From Octopus vulgaris (taxonomy: Eukaryota): 64,000 nucleotides of DNA. The notes beneath the pieces are model-generated. The model had not been told where the DNA came from. It worked only from the letters and a program-made list of their open reading frames with translations, and searched no databases. This document shows, piece after piece, positions 54,161-64,000 of this stretch. Each line of letters begins with the position of its first letter. Position 1 is the first letter of the stretch. Position numbers and translations under genes: made by a program. Location of the stretch: assembly GCA_951406725.2 (NCBI GenBank), contig OX597837.1, positions 16,368,001-16,432,000 on the forward strand, in the 5' to 3' direction.

Positions 54161-54870
54161 AATGTTAAACTGTGGCCATGCTGGGGCACCACTTTGAAGA
54201 ATTTTTCGTCAAATGAATTGCCCCTAGTACTTAATTTTTTAAAGCCTGGTACTTTAGTTCAAATATATCAAAATGGTAGATGATAATTTCTTATTTTAGA
54301 TAATAATAATAATAATAATAATTATTATTATCATTTTCTTTTTTTCAGAAATTCAGATAGCAATAATCATTATCATTTACTGTCCTACTTCCATGCTGGC
54401 ATGGGTTGGATGGTTTGATGGGATCCAGCAAGCTGCAGGGCTGTATTGAACGCCAGTGTCAATTTTGGCTTGGTTTCTACAGCCAGATGCTCTTCCTTAC
54501 AACAGTAACTTTACATTGTGTACTGGGTGCTTTTTTCATGCCACCAGCACTAGAGAGGTTGCCAAGTAGCTTGCAAGACAGAAAAAGAAGAGAGAGAAAG
54601 TCAAAGGAAAAAGGTTCCACTACTCAGTAAGGGGGTGGGAGTATTTTCTTGCTATGGAGGAGATCCATAGCTACCACACATTATATGGAGGTAGAGGGTA
54701 GTGGTTGGAAGAAAAGAGATAAGGATGGTTGTGATAAAATGCCAGAGTAAACTTTCAAGGTACAAGAAGTGAGCATGAGGGAGGATACAGGCAGAGGGTC
54801 AGGAGAGGGGGAAATAGGTACTTTCATATAAGTGTGGGGGGAGGGAGATAAAGAAATATATTCTACTTAC

Positions 54871-55023
54871 TTTCTCCTTTTGTTTGTTTCTTGAGAGAGG
54901 CGCCTGGCTTTCCCTATGTTGTTGGCCGTTTCTTCATTGTTGCGGTTAACACAATCCTCATAGGAAGCATTCAGGAGCTTCAGTTTTTCAATCTGGTATT
55001 CTTGTAGTTTGCGAAACCGTTTC
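54871..55023 (-). CDS. CEP126: CEP126-like exon, N-terminal coiled coil
   Basis: ttttactag|G ... AA|gtaagt; KRFRKLQEYQIEKL...KARRLSQETNKRRK resembles the CEP126/KIAA1377 RARK...E.N.RRK segment. Confidence 0.8.
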
Positions 55024-56419
55024 CTAGTAAAACTTTCAGGATTAATAACTGTCTGGGGATGTGTTTGAGGGAATTTGGGACTAAGATGTTTTGGTGTGGT
55101 AGCAGAATCATTACCATACTGGGCAAAATGCTTAGCAGTATTTTGTCTGTCCTTATGTTCTGAGTTCCAATTTGCCTTTCATTTTTTGAGGTCAGTAAAA
55201 TAAAGAACGGTTAAGGACTGGGGATCAATGTAATCAACTGAACTATTCCTGGAGTAAGAGTATAAAAAACAGCACACCTCTGTCAAGCCAGTGTGTCAGA
55301 GTAGGCTCATCAAACCAGTATGATCTCAAGCTCAAATTCACAGCCTCCACATCAGACTGTGGCTGGTGAAGAGAAACATGCTGATGTCTTTGTCCTGCAA
55401 TGGACTGAACATGGGCAATCCAATCCAATAGGTGCAGATATGATTGTATGTTTAAGAAGTTCACTTCACAAACACAATTTCAGGTTCATTACCATAACAC
55501 AACATCTTGGGGAAGTGTCTGTCACTATAGCCCCAGGCTAACCCAAAACTTGTGAGTGAATTGTGTAGACAAAAACTGAAAGAAGCACACTCTGTGTGTA
55601 TGTGAGTGTGTGTGTGTGTGTGTATGTGTGCACACACCCTTATCTTGGCATGGTGCAGTTATTGTAAACAAACATCACCATCATACAAGTAGTAACATTT
55701 GCCTGCAATCTTCTCTTGTATGAAAAAATGTGAGAGTTAGTGGCAGGAAAAATATCTGGGCATAAAAAATTCCACCTCAGCAAATATTGTCTGGTTATGC
55801 AAGCATGGAAAAGTAGGTGGGATGAGGATGATTTGCCTGCCACTTTTTATCTGAAGATAAAGAGAAAAAAAAAAAAAACATTGGATAGTCAGGACAAGAA
55901 AGCCTTCATAAATTTGCTGTTCAATCAGGTCTGACCTGAAGCTAAGCAACAACTTGACAATTGATTCAGCAACTGTACCAACAAATGAAATGTCCATGCA
56001 ATCATGAAAATGCTAAAACAAGCCAATGAAGATGTCTTTATATGGTTGCTTAACTGTTAGAAATAGCAGGTAATATTTCTTCAGATTACATTATGCTGTC
56101 TTTGACAAAAGACATATTGGATGAAATAGTTTGACATATATTGTGTCTGGACAGAAAGGAAAAAAAAATTGATATGGCCAAGGCTGGGGCCTTTCAAGAA
56201 AGATCTGCTTGATGGAGGCAGAGCTGGAATTAATAAGAACAATGCGGATATGTGCTTAAGGGTTTATACATAGTGTCAAATATATTTTGCAATAAATATG
56301 GTGAGTTTTACATCAGAAGTCACTGTCAGCAAACAGCACATTCACATTTTGCTTACAAGTTTTTAAAGTTTACTATGGTTGTTTCTACAACAAGATGTGT
56401 GGTTGCAAAGAGTCCAAAA

Positions 56420-56700
56420 TGACACGATGAGATCAATGATAAAATAAGATACAGGTGTTTAGATTGGACTGGATATGTCCTCAAACGAGATCAAGAAAGT
56501 AATTATATGGTAGCAGAAAAGTGACATCCTGAGGGGAAAAGTGTAGCAGGGCAGCCTAAAGCCACATGGTGAAGGACCATTGACAAGGAAAGGAGATGAG
56601 AAGAGTGGAGAAGCTGGAATGAGACCAGAACACAGAAAACAGAGCTGGTTGGAGAGATTGTGATGTGGCATTATGGACCTCATGACACATTGAGAACTAA
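56420..56700 (+). mobile_element. Old LINE 3' end of another family
   Basis: Decayed WTGYVL...GSLK.TW...NRAGWRD-type RT C-terminus. Confidence 0.4.
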
Positions 56701-57307
56701 CACCAACTAAACAAAGTATACAGCATACATTTCTTTGTCAAACCAGTACTAGGTAGGCTGTCATGTAGTCATCTTCACTAAAGAATCCTCTGTACTCTAT
56801 GCTACCTCCTACTATTCTCCCAAACAGAAAGTACTGGATGCATTTCATCATGGCACCATTATTATTCATCCTTCAATGTGGTTGAACAACCAATCCCAAC
56901 CAACCAGGATTCTCAGTATTGACTTGTACTCTTCATCTTTTTGAATACAAAATGTGGTTTGTAAGACGTCCGTTGGGGTGATTTTCCTGAGTCCCTATCT
57001 CAGCCTTGTACACCAAACCATCGCAAGGTTACTCATTTATAGCTAAGTGGACTGGAGCAATGAGAACTGAAGTGTTTTACTCAAGGACACAACAATGCAC
57101 AGCCAGTCTGGGAATTGAAACCATGATCTCGTGACTATGGGTGCAACATCATAACCATTAGGCTTCAGTAAGTAATACTAACACTGGCTTTCTAAAACAA
57201 TTTTTACAGTGATTGATGTAATCAACACTAGAGTTTAAAATAGGTAGGCAGAATGAAAGAGAGAGGCAGATGGAGACAAACAGGTAGGTATGTAGGTATA
57301 TAGACAG

Positions 57308-57354
<47 letters not shown>

Positions 57355-57745
57355 ATTAATCGATAGATACATATAAATGGATGGATAGATAAAATGCTGA
57401 GCAAATAAAGCGCATACAGTTCGATAAAGATAGAAAATTAAACAGTGGAAGATAGACGGATATATATTTCAATACCATATTGCCAACACAACGTTGAAAA
57501 CTCTCAGGTGACAGACAGTGAAAACCTTAACAGAAAGAGATACTGTGGGACAAAGCTCTCTATTCGGTTAAAACCATTTTCACAAAATTTTAAATTTCCG
57601 CCTCAACACTCCCATCCTGCTGTCTAAAAGGGAAAATGAACGGTTTGTGTGTGCGAAGGAACAGAGAAAATATGCTAGAAATAGCAGCCAAATCTCACAA
57701 AACTGCGATAACATAATGAAAGCAATATGTAATGAATCTACTCAC

Positions 57746-57843
57746 CTTTCTGCAAAGGTTTCTTTCAGAGTAATTTCCCGCATTAATATGACAAAGTGAA
57801 ATGAAAGTGTTAATTTATTTTTGACAACCGAAACCTCCGCCAT
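57746..57843 (-). CDS. CEP126: CEP126-like candidate first coding exon B (MAEVSVVKNKLTLSFHFVILMREITLKETFAE-R)
   Basis: cacATGG start, open 98 nt, strong AG|gtgagt phase-2 donor in frame with the 55023 exon; lies within the Merlin-associated inverted repeat. Confidence 0.4.
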
Positions 57844-57998
57844 GTGCGCCGCTGGAATAAACTTGGGCAATTTCCTATCGCCCGATGATCCAGTCATGAT
57901 ATACTTCAACCGTCTTTTGATTCGGGACCAATAGACCTTAACTGTGTGTTTTAAAAGATACTAATTAAAACAATTTTTGTGTATAGTCTTCCGTGTTT

Positions 57999-58768
57999 TC
58001 AGGAACCTGGATATAATGTTGCAGCCTCCACAAGAAACTTATGAACTCGCTGGGTTGGTGGTGAAACAGCTCCTAGGAAAAGGAACCGAGCGATGTACTG
58101 CCTCAGGTATTCGGGCCTCCTTCCAGATAGTGAACCACAGTCAGGCTGTTGAGGTTACTATAGGCCCGCCAACAGTCAGTATAAATAATTGAGCCATGCC
58201 TGATGTAACGGGTAATAAATGCAAAGTCCCGGCATCTCGTCCGTCGGCCTCACCAGATTCGTTTAGCAGTGGAACCATAAAAGCCGTCCTACTTTTCCGT
58301 TCCAGTCCGCCAAAAACCCAAACCGTTTTCAGTCCTGCCGCATTGGTATTTCGACGGACCAAAACCGTCTCATCAACTTCTTCTTCAATCCCCCACCCCC
58401 CGGTCCTCCGATAACAGTTTCGTGGTTTTTTGCCCCAAACTGGCAGACCTCCAATCTACGGACGTTTTACGGCAGAATCCGAGGTTTTCCCCAATTAATG
58501 TGTGCGACCAAGCTGTGCTGAGGAAATGGTTGATAAAAAGCAAAACTGTCGTAGGCGGAAGATGGACGCCTTCCAGAAAGGTGCCCTTAAATGTAGATAT
58601 GGAATATCCACATTCCCTTTTCGACTGTCCACGTCGTCGCATCACCTTATGGCAGCAAAATGCACGGGACATTGCAGTTCGGACAATCTCGTGTACGCGA
58701 CAGGAGGCCGTGTTCGGATAAAAATGCGGTAAAATTTCAATAATGTTGCAAGAGTTACAAAGTGCCAT
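57999..58768 (-). pseudogene. Merlin (IS1595/ISXO2-like) DDE transposase relic
   Basis: Frameshifted pieces SISTFKGTFLEGVHL, TSVDWRS, EVDETVLVRR, VWVFGGLERKSRTAFMVPL, RDAGTL and LRQYIARFLFL...KFLVEAATLYP*. Confidence 0.8.
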
Positions 58769-60485
58769 GCAGTTGTATGAAGGTGTAAATTAAATGAGAA
58801 TAAATATTAGTGTAATTCTTTCACTTGTAGTGTGGAAGGGCACTATTTCGTTTGGCGGAAGACGTAAATGGACCCCTCCACCCCTTTAGAAAAAAAATTG
58901 TTTTTTCGTCTATGGAGATTCTGATTCTGAGAAAATATTGTTTGTAAAATTTGAATTTTAAAAAAAAAAAAAATTACCCCGACCCTTTCGCTTGCACAAA
59001 CTACATTGAGACCCATAGGTCCCGAATCAAAAGACGGTTGTAGTCTATCGCTGGATCATCGGACGATATGAAATGGTCTGGCGTCGACGAATCTATTTCG
59101 AGAAATGTATGGATTTACGGCGAAGAAAGATTTCCAGAATTTCTATACATTTCTCAAACACATTGCCGAAGTTTATTCCCACTAAATTCCAACACCGTAC
59201 CTGGCGGAGGTTTCGGTTGTAAAAAAAAAAAAAAGAATTAACATTTTCATTTCACTTTGCGGGAAATTACTCTGAAAGAAACCTTTGCAGAAAGGTGAGT
59301 AGATTCATAACCTATTTTTGTCATTATGTTATCGCAGTTTTGTGAGATTTGGCTGTTATTTCTAGCATATTTTCTCCGTTCCTTTTCAGCGGGATAGACT
59401 GGCGAGGGGTTTATGAATCAATTTTGGAGTTTCCTCACAGAAAATTTGAAATGAATTCCCCACCCATATTCTTAATCTCCATATTTTTCCACGTTGATTG
59501 AAAAATAAGTTAAAATTCAAAAATTTGGGGTGGGGAGGGAGAAAATTAAAATTTTGAAAAAATGGTTTTTGGCAAATTCAGAATCTCCGTCGTCGAAAAC
59601 AGGAATCCGTTGAAAAATTTTCTTCTTAAAAAAGAAAAATTGACTTTTCGTGCCAGTGCACTTGTAGCTATTAAACCTATATTCTTTTACCTGTTTCAGT
59701 CGACAGACTGCAGCCAGTCTGGAGCACCTCCTTGAAGGATTTACTCAAACAAATCGACTCCATTAATAATTTTAAAGTCTGGTTCTCATTCGACTGGTTT
59801 CTTTTTCCGGATCGCTTAGTTACAGGAACGTAAACAAAGCAGCATCGGTGCGGGCAGTAGAAAGATATGTATGTCTACCAAATCCACTCAGAAGGCTTAA
59901 GTTTGCCAGGGCTATCTAAGTTGCAAGACAGTGGGACTGAACCCGGAACGATGTAACTGGGAAGTAAGCTTCTTACTACTGAGCATGTGCTTGTGTGTGT
60001 GTGTGAGGTTGAAGAGGAACGGTCTCAGAAGGTGTTGCTTCGTTGACTCCATATGGAAAATGGAAACGACAGGAGAGGTGAGATGTTAGAAATGGATGTG
60101 AGGGAGCGAGTCGGACATTATTTAGGTTGTGGTCGTGTGAGTGCAAGCTCGTAGGTGAAGTACGTGTTACGTGACTATATATAAAATATAGTCAGAGAGA
60201 GAGAGAGAGAAAAGCGTTGGGTCGATAAAAAAATACAGGCTTTAAATATTTGAAAGCTTGAAACTGTTATGGGGGCGTTGTAGACTGTGTATTGTTGTTA
60301 TGTTTGGTGTGTATTGTGGTGGAGAGGATCTAAACACAAATTTCTCGATGTTGGTTCTACGGTTGAAGATTAAATGAGAGAGAGAGACGAGGCAATCTAG
60401 TGGAAACATGGAAAATAACAATAGTTATGAACATTAACACATATTTATCAAAGTGTTTGTGCGTGTGTAATGTATACACACACTC

Positions 60486-60553
<68 letters not shown>

Positions 60554-60660
60554 GTATGTGTGTATGTACGTATTAAAATATATAAAATATAGGAGAATGA
60601 TAGAGGGAAAAGAGGAAGAAGATAAAAATGAAAGAGATGAACATGTTCTGTAAAGGATAC

Positions 60661-60680
60661 GAGTAAGCTCCGGCCAACAT
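60661..60680 (-). CDS. CEP126: CEP126-like candidate first coding exon A (MLAGAYS)
   Basis: ATG ~115 nt downstream of the X-box; TC|gtatcc phase-2 donor fits the 55023 acceptor; the donor is weak. Confidence 0.35.
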
Positions 60681-60793
60681 TCTGACAAGACTGACCCCTG
60701 AAGAGGAGTCTTGGACGATAAGGAATCAGGCGTCAAGTATAAGTCCTAACATCACAAACATTGCTGTTAGGACGCCATATTGTCTCTGTGCTG

Positions 60794-60807
60794 GCTGCCA
60801 TGGCAAC
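60794..60807. promoter_or_regulatory. RFX X-box, probable CEP126 promoter element
   Basis: GCTGCCATGGCAAC, one mismatch from palindromic GTTGCCATGGCAAC; adjacent YY1-like CGCCATATTG at ~60773; lies upstream of a centrosomal/ciliary gene. Confidence 0.65.
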
Positions 60808-61215
60808 AGACGTATACAATTGCAACAATCAACAAGAAGTCAGTGAAAAAGAGAGAAAGAACGAAGCTTAACACCGCCTCTTTTTCCTTTTCTTTCTATT
60901 ACTACCACCGCCGCCATCACTACAGCTAAGAATAATTATTATTGTTTGAGTTAATTTTATTGGAATACAATAGGTATGTATATGATACATACATAACGCA
61001 AAACCACATTAAAAATATAAATCCAAAATCGGGAGAAAAAATGGAAAAAGAGGAACAAGGAAAAATAAGGAAAGAAAAGAAGAAAAACGAAAAAAATAAA
61101 CATCACTTGAACACCAAGTGGTGCCTCAATCGATGACACATTTCAAGGTTAACAGAACCTCCTGAAGCAAGCCAACACGCTCGCAGCATTACCACAGCCA
61201 AGCGCCTTCACCGGC

Positions 61216-61252
<37 letters not shown>

Positions 61253-61253
<1 letters not shown>

Positions 61254-61461
61254 TCTTTTTACTATAAGCACAAGGCCTGAAATGTGGGGGCGGGGGTAAG
61301 TCGATTATATCGATCCCAGTGTTTCACTGGTATTTAATTTATCGACCCCGAAAGGATGAAAGGCAAAGTCAACCTTAGCAGAATTTGAATTCAGAACGTA
61401 GTGATGTGCGAAATACCACTTTTTCGTTTGGCATGCTAATGATTCTGCCAGCTCGCCGCCT

Positions 61462-61512
<51 letters not shown>

Positions 61513-61585
61513 CTTTCTACTATAGGTACAAGGCCTGAAGTTTGGCGGGAGGGGCCAGTCAATTAGATCGACCCCAGTACACAAT
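61253..61585 (-). mobile_element. SINE plus partial second copy, each next to (TAA)n
   Basis: GACCCCGAAAGGATGAAAGGCAAAGTC body; (TAA)n at 61217-61252 and 61466-61510. Confidence 0.75.
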
Positions 61586-61599
61586 AATCATCGTTTAAT

Positions 61600-61952
61600 G
61601 ATGTGGTTGCAAAAATTGTCTGACAGCCATGACTGGGTTCTCCTGCTTGTGAGGAGGCATGGTGCAGAGTCCTGTTGCCAGACACAGGGTCTCCCAGCAG
61701 CCCACTCTCAAATGTTTGTATTGGAGCTTCCAGTGCGAATGCCATTTCAAAAATTCTGGCAGAGTGACTTGTGTCATGGTGCTGTTTTTCTCACAGGTGA
61801 TGCCCAACTGACCCTACTATACTGTGTAGTTGATCAAATGAAAAACAAACAATGCACATGCACGAAATGAAAGATATAAAATGGTGACAATTTACCCATC
61901 GCACCCTATATTTTGGGGTAATTGGTTAAAAAAGTTCCCCGACCCCTGCTCT
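61600..61952 (-). mobile_element. Possible hAT-type terminal fragment
   Basis: Reverse complement begins CAGGGGTCGGGGAACTTTTT, a hAT/Charlie-like TIR; the other end was not found. Confidence 0.35.
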
Positions 61953-62454
61953 AGAACAATATTCTGTGTAAAGCCAAAAGTATGGTACTCTAGTCATAAT
62001 ACCAACTTGAACTTCTAACTTGCTGTCTCTGGGTGAGACTTGGAGTCAACCTGTACAAATACAAAGCAGAAGCCAAACATATACTAACCAGCAGAGATGC
62101 TCGGCATTAAAATGACATAGGTTTTTATTGCTTTACTTGTTTCATTCACGTGACTGCAGCCATGCTGAAGCACTGCTGTTGGTCGAAGAAATCAACCACA
62201 GGATTTATTCTTTGTAAGCCTAGTACTCATTCTGTCAGTGTCTTTTACCAAACCGCTAAGTTACGGGAATGTAAACACAACAACATCAGTTGTCAAGCAA
62301 TGGTGGGGTACAAACACAAGACGCACACATACACATACACAAATATACACATATAGACGACAGCCTTCTTTCAATTTCCGAGTATGAAATCCACTCACAA
62401 GGTTTTGGTTGGCCTGAGGCTATAATAAGCATATATATATATATATATATATAT

Positions 62455-63290
62455 AGTAGCTGACATACCCGGTAATTCCTGGGAAAGCGGGCTCTTATCC
62501 CTTGGTTCCGTTCTCATAATTGTTTCGTTAATCCAGTAACAACAATACAAAGTATATAGCCCTTAAAATGGTTTTTGTGTATTTATTGAGAACACCAAAC
62601 TGTCTTACAAAGGATCTTGTTTTTAGGAATTCCCAGTAAGTTATGAATAGCCAAATTATGAAGTCAGTTATGTAAGAACATGAAATTAATTACCCTATAG
62701 TAAGAATTCAAATAAAGTAGCCCTGAAAAGGGCTTTAATATGTTCCCAGAGTATATAGATTTTAGGAGGAACAACTAATAAGGTATGTATACTAAAATCA
62801 TGAAACATTACGTAATAACAGGCTAATCGGATATGAGATAATAGCAATTCAAAGTAACTAACTGTGAAAAAAAGCTTTTGTACGTTCCCAGAGAATATTA
62901 CCCTCAGTGGCGCTAGTGTTGGTATATACGCAAATAAGCCACTAACCAAATAAGTGGATCTATTGTTTAAGAGAATACTATTTACTTGTTTAAGTGTTAT
63001 ATTGGATAAATTGAGAAACTAACTAAAATGGTTCAAATACTAAGAAATAAGGATACTGAAAATGAATGGGTCATTTCCCTTGGAAGCTTATAAATCATTA
63101 CTCACGCCCAAATGTTATTCCTCCCGCCGTTTACCCGAACATTTTTTCGAAATCAATTTATACTTAAAACCTCCCCAGACACATAAGCAATGTGTGGGTG
63201 AAGTTTAAGAAAAATCGGTCGAGCTGTTTTGGCACAATACGAGGACATACAGATACACACACACAGACATCTTCAGTTTTAATATGTAAG
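62455..63290 (+). mobile_element. Non-autonomous Helitron/Helentron-like element
   Basis: Starts TAGTAGCTGACATACCCGG after (TA)n; ends AAATCGGTCGAGCTGTTTT...ACATACAGA(CA)n...TTTTAATATGTAAGAT, typical of DINE/Lep1-like elements. Confidence 0.55.
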
Positions 63291-63314
63291 ATAACAATAA
63301 CAATAATAATAATA

Positions 63315-63505
63315 ATCGTTTCAAATTTTGCCACAAGGGCTGCAATTTTGGGGGAGGGGATGAGTTGATTACACTGACCCTAGTGTTCAACTGGTACTTA
63401 TTTTATTGACCCCGAAAAGATGAAAGGCAAAGTTGATCTCGACAGAATTTGAACTCAGAACGTAGTAATGAGCGAAATGTCGCTAAGCGTTTTGCCCAGC
63501 TTGTC
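63315..63505 (-). mobile_element. SINE (same family as 61253)
   Basis: GACCCCGAAAAGATGAAAGGCAAAGTTG...ATTTGAACTCAGAACGTAG. Confidence 0.7.
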
Positions 63506-64000
63506 ACTTTAATAATAATAATATGCATAAAGTACTGTCTGAGGTCCTAAGCGTGTGTCAAAAATCCTGATGTTGCTGATAGCCATCAAATCTGTAGCAA
63601 GCGCCTGAGGTTATTTAGTAGGTAAGCCTGCCTTCATAGCGGCATCAGGCTATGTGCATTTCTACAACCAACTTTCTGAGCTTCCATGTCGGTAGGAAAG
63701 AAAAATGAAAAGGAAGTGGATGGTCACCAACCTTAATGTCTTTTTCTCTCTTGGCAGTTGGGTGTATCAAAATCTCATCTCTGTAAATGAGTCTTTGGGG
63801 AAATCCTGAAAGAGTCTCTTTGATGCCATGAGGATGGAGTTAGGCCACATCACGTGTGAACCCCTTTTTCATTATTCTCTATGTGCAGTTTTACCAGTTT
63901 CAAGTCCTCAGAGACTTTAATCATATTGATAATTCTAAAACTCTGGGGGTTTTTTGTGTGTAACTGAAATATCTCAGAAATAGTATATTTTATCTAATTT

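Larger units (their letters stand above)
57570..59570. repeat. Inverted duplication flanking the Merlin relic (arms ~57570-57930 and ~59018-59570)
   Basis: CTCACCTTTCTGCAAAGGTTTCTTTCAGAGTAATTTCCCGC (57741-57781) is inverted at ~59259-59299; CAACCGTCTTTTGATTCGGGACC is inverted at ~59018-59040. Confidence 0.9.

Noticed and set aside
57999-58768. Intact or domesticated Merlin transposase
   Set aside because: Several frameshifts and an apparent deletion of the region carrying the last catalytic residue
63530-63900. Possible coding relic near the window end
   Set aside because: Only a faint KVGCR resemblance to non-LTR endonuclease tails, with multiple stops; not enough support to call

Overview
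AT-rich, repeat-dense eukaryotic DNA; the SINE/RTE repertoire and microsatellites suggest an octopod cephalopod (inference). Two convergent multi-exon genes can be reconstructed by hand from GT-AG sites with consistent phases. (1) The last four coding exons of an ARFGAP2/3 (Glo3-type ArfGAP) gene on + (163-9934). (2) A nearly complete CEP126 (KIAA1377)-like gene of about 1,200 aa on -, with eight well-supported internal exons (23303-55023), two candidate first exons, a candidate last exon, and an RFX X-box at 60794-60807. Between the genes lie about 5.5 kb of compound TA/TG microsatellite. Introns carry many RTE-type LINE fragments (several as head-to-head doublets), tRNA-derived SINEs, a mariner with intact TIRs, a Tigger/pogo relic, Helitron pieces, a Naiad-type Penelope-like fragment with hammerhead ribozyme motifs, and a Merlin (IS1595-like) transposase relic inside a long inverted duplication. 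Best leads: the Merlin-centred palindrome holding an in-frame candidate CEP126 first exon, tandem pseudoknot-like units in the RTE 3' UTR, a sense-strand intronic hammerhead, a ~470-nt intronic foldback, recurrent head-to-head LINE doublets, and a possible Tigger-derived terminal exon. No prokaryotic system or CRISPR array is present.
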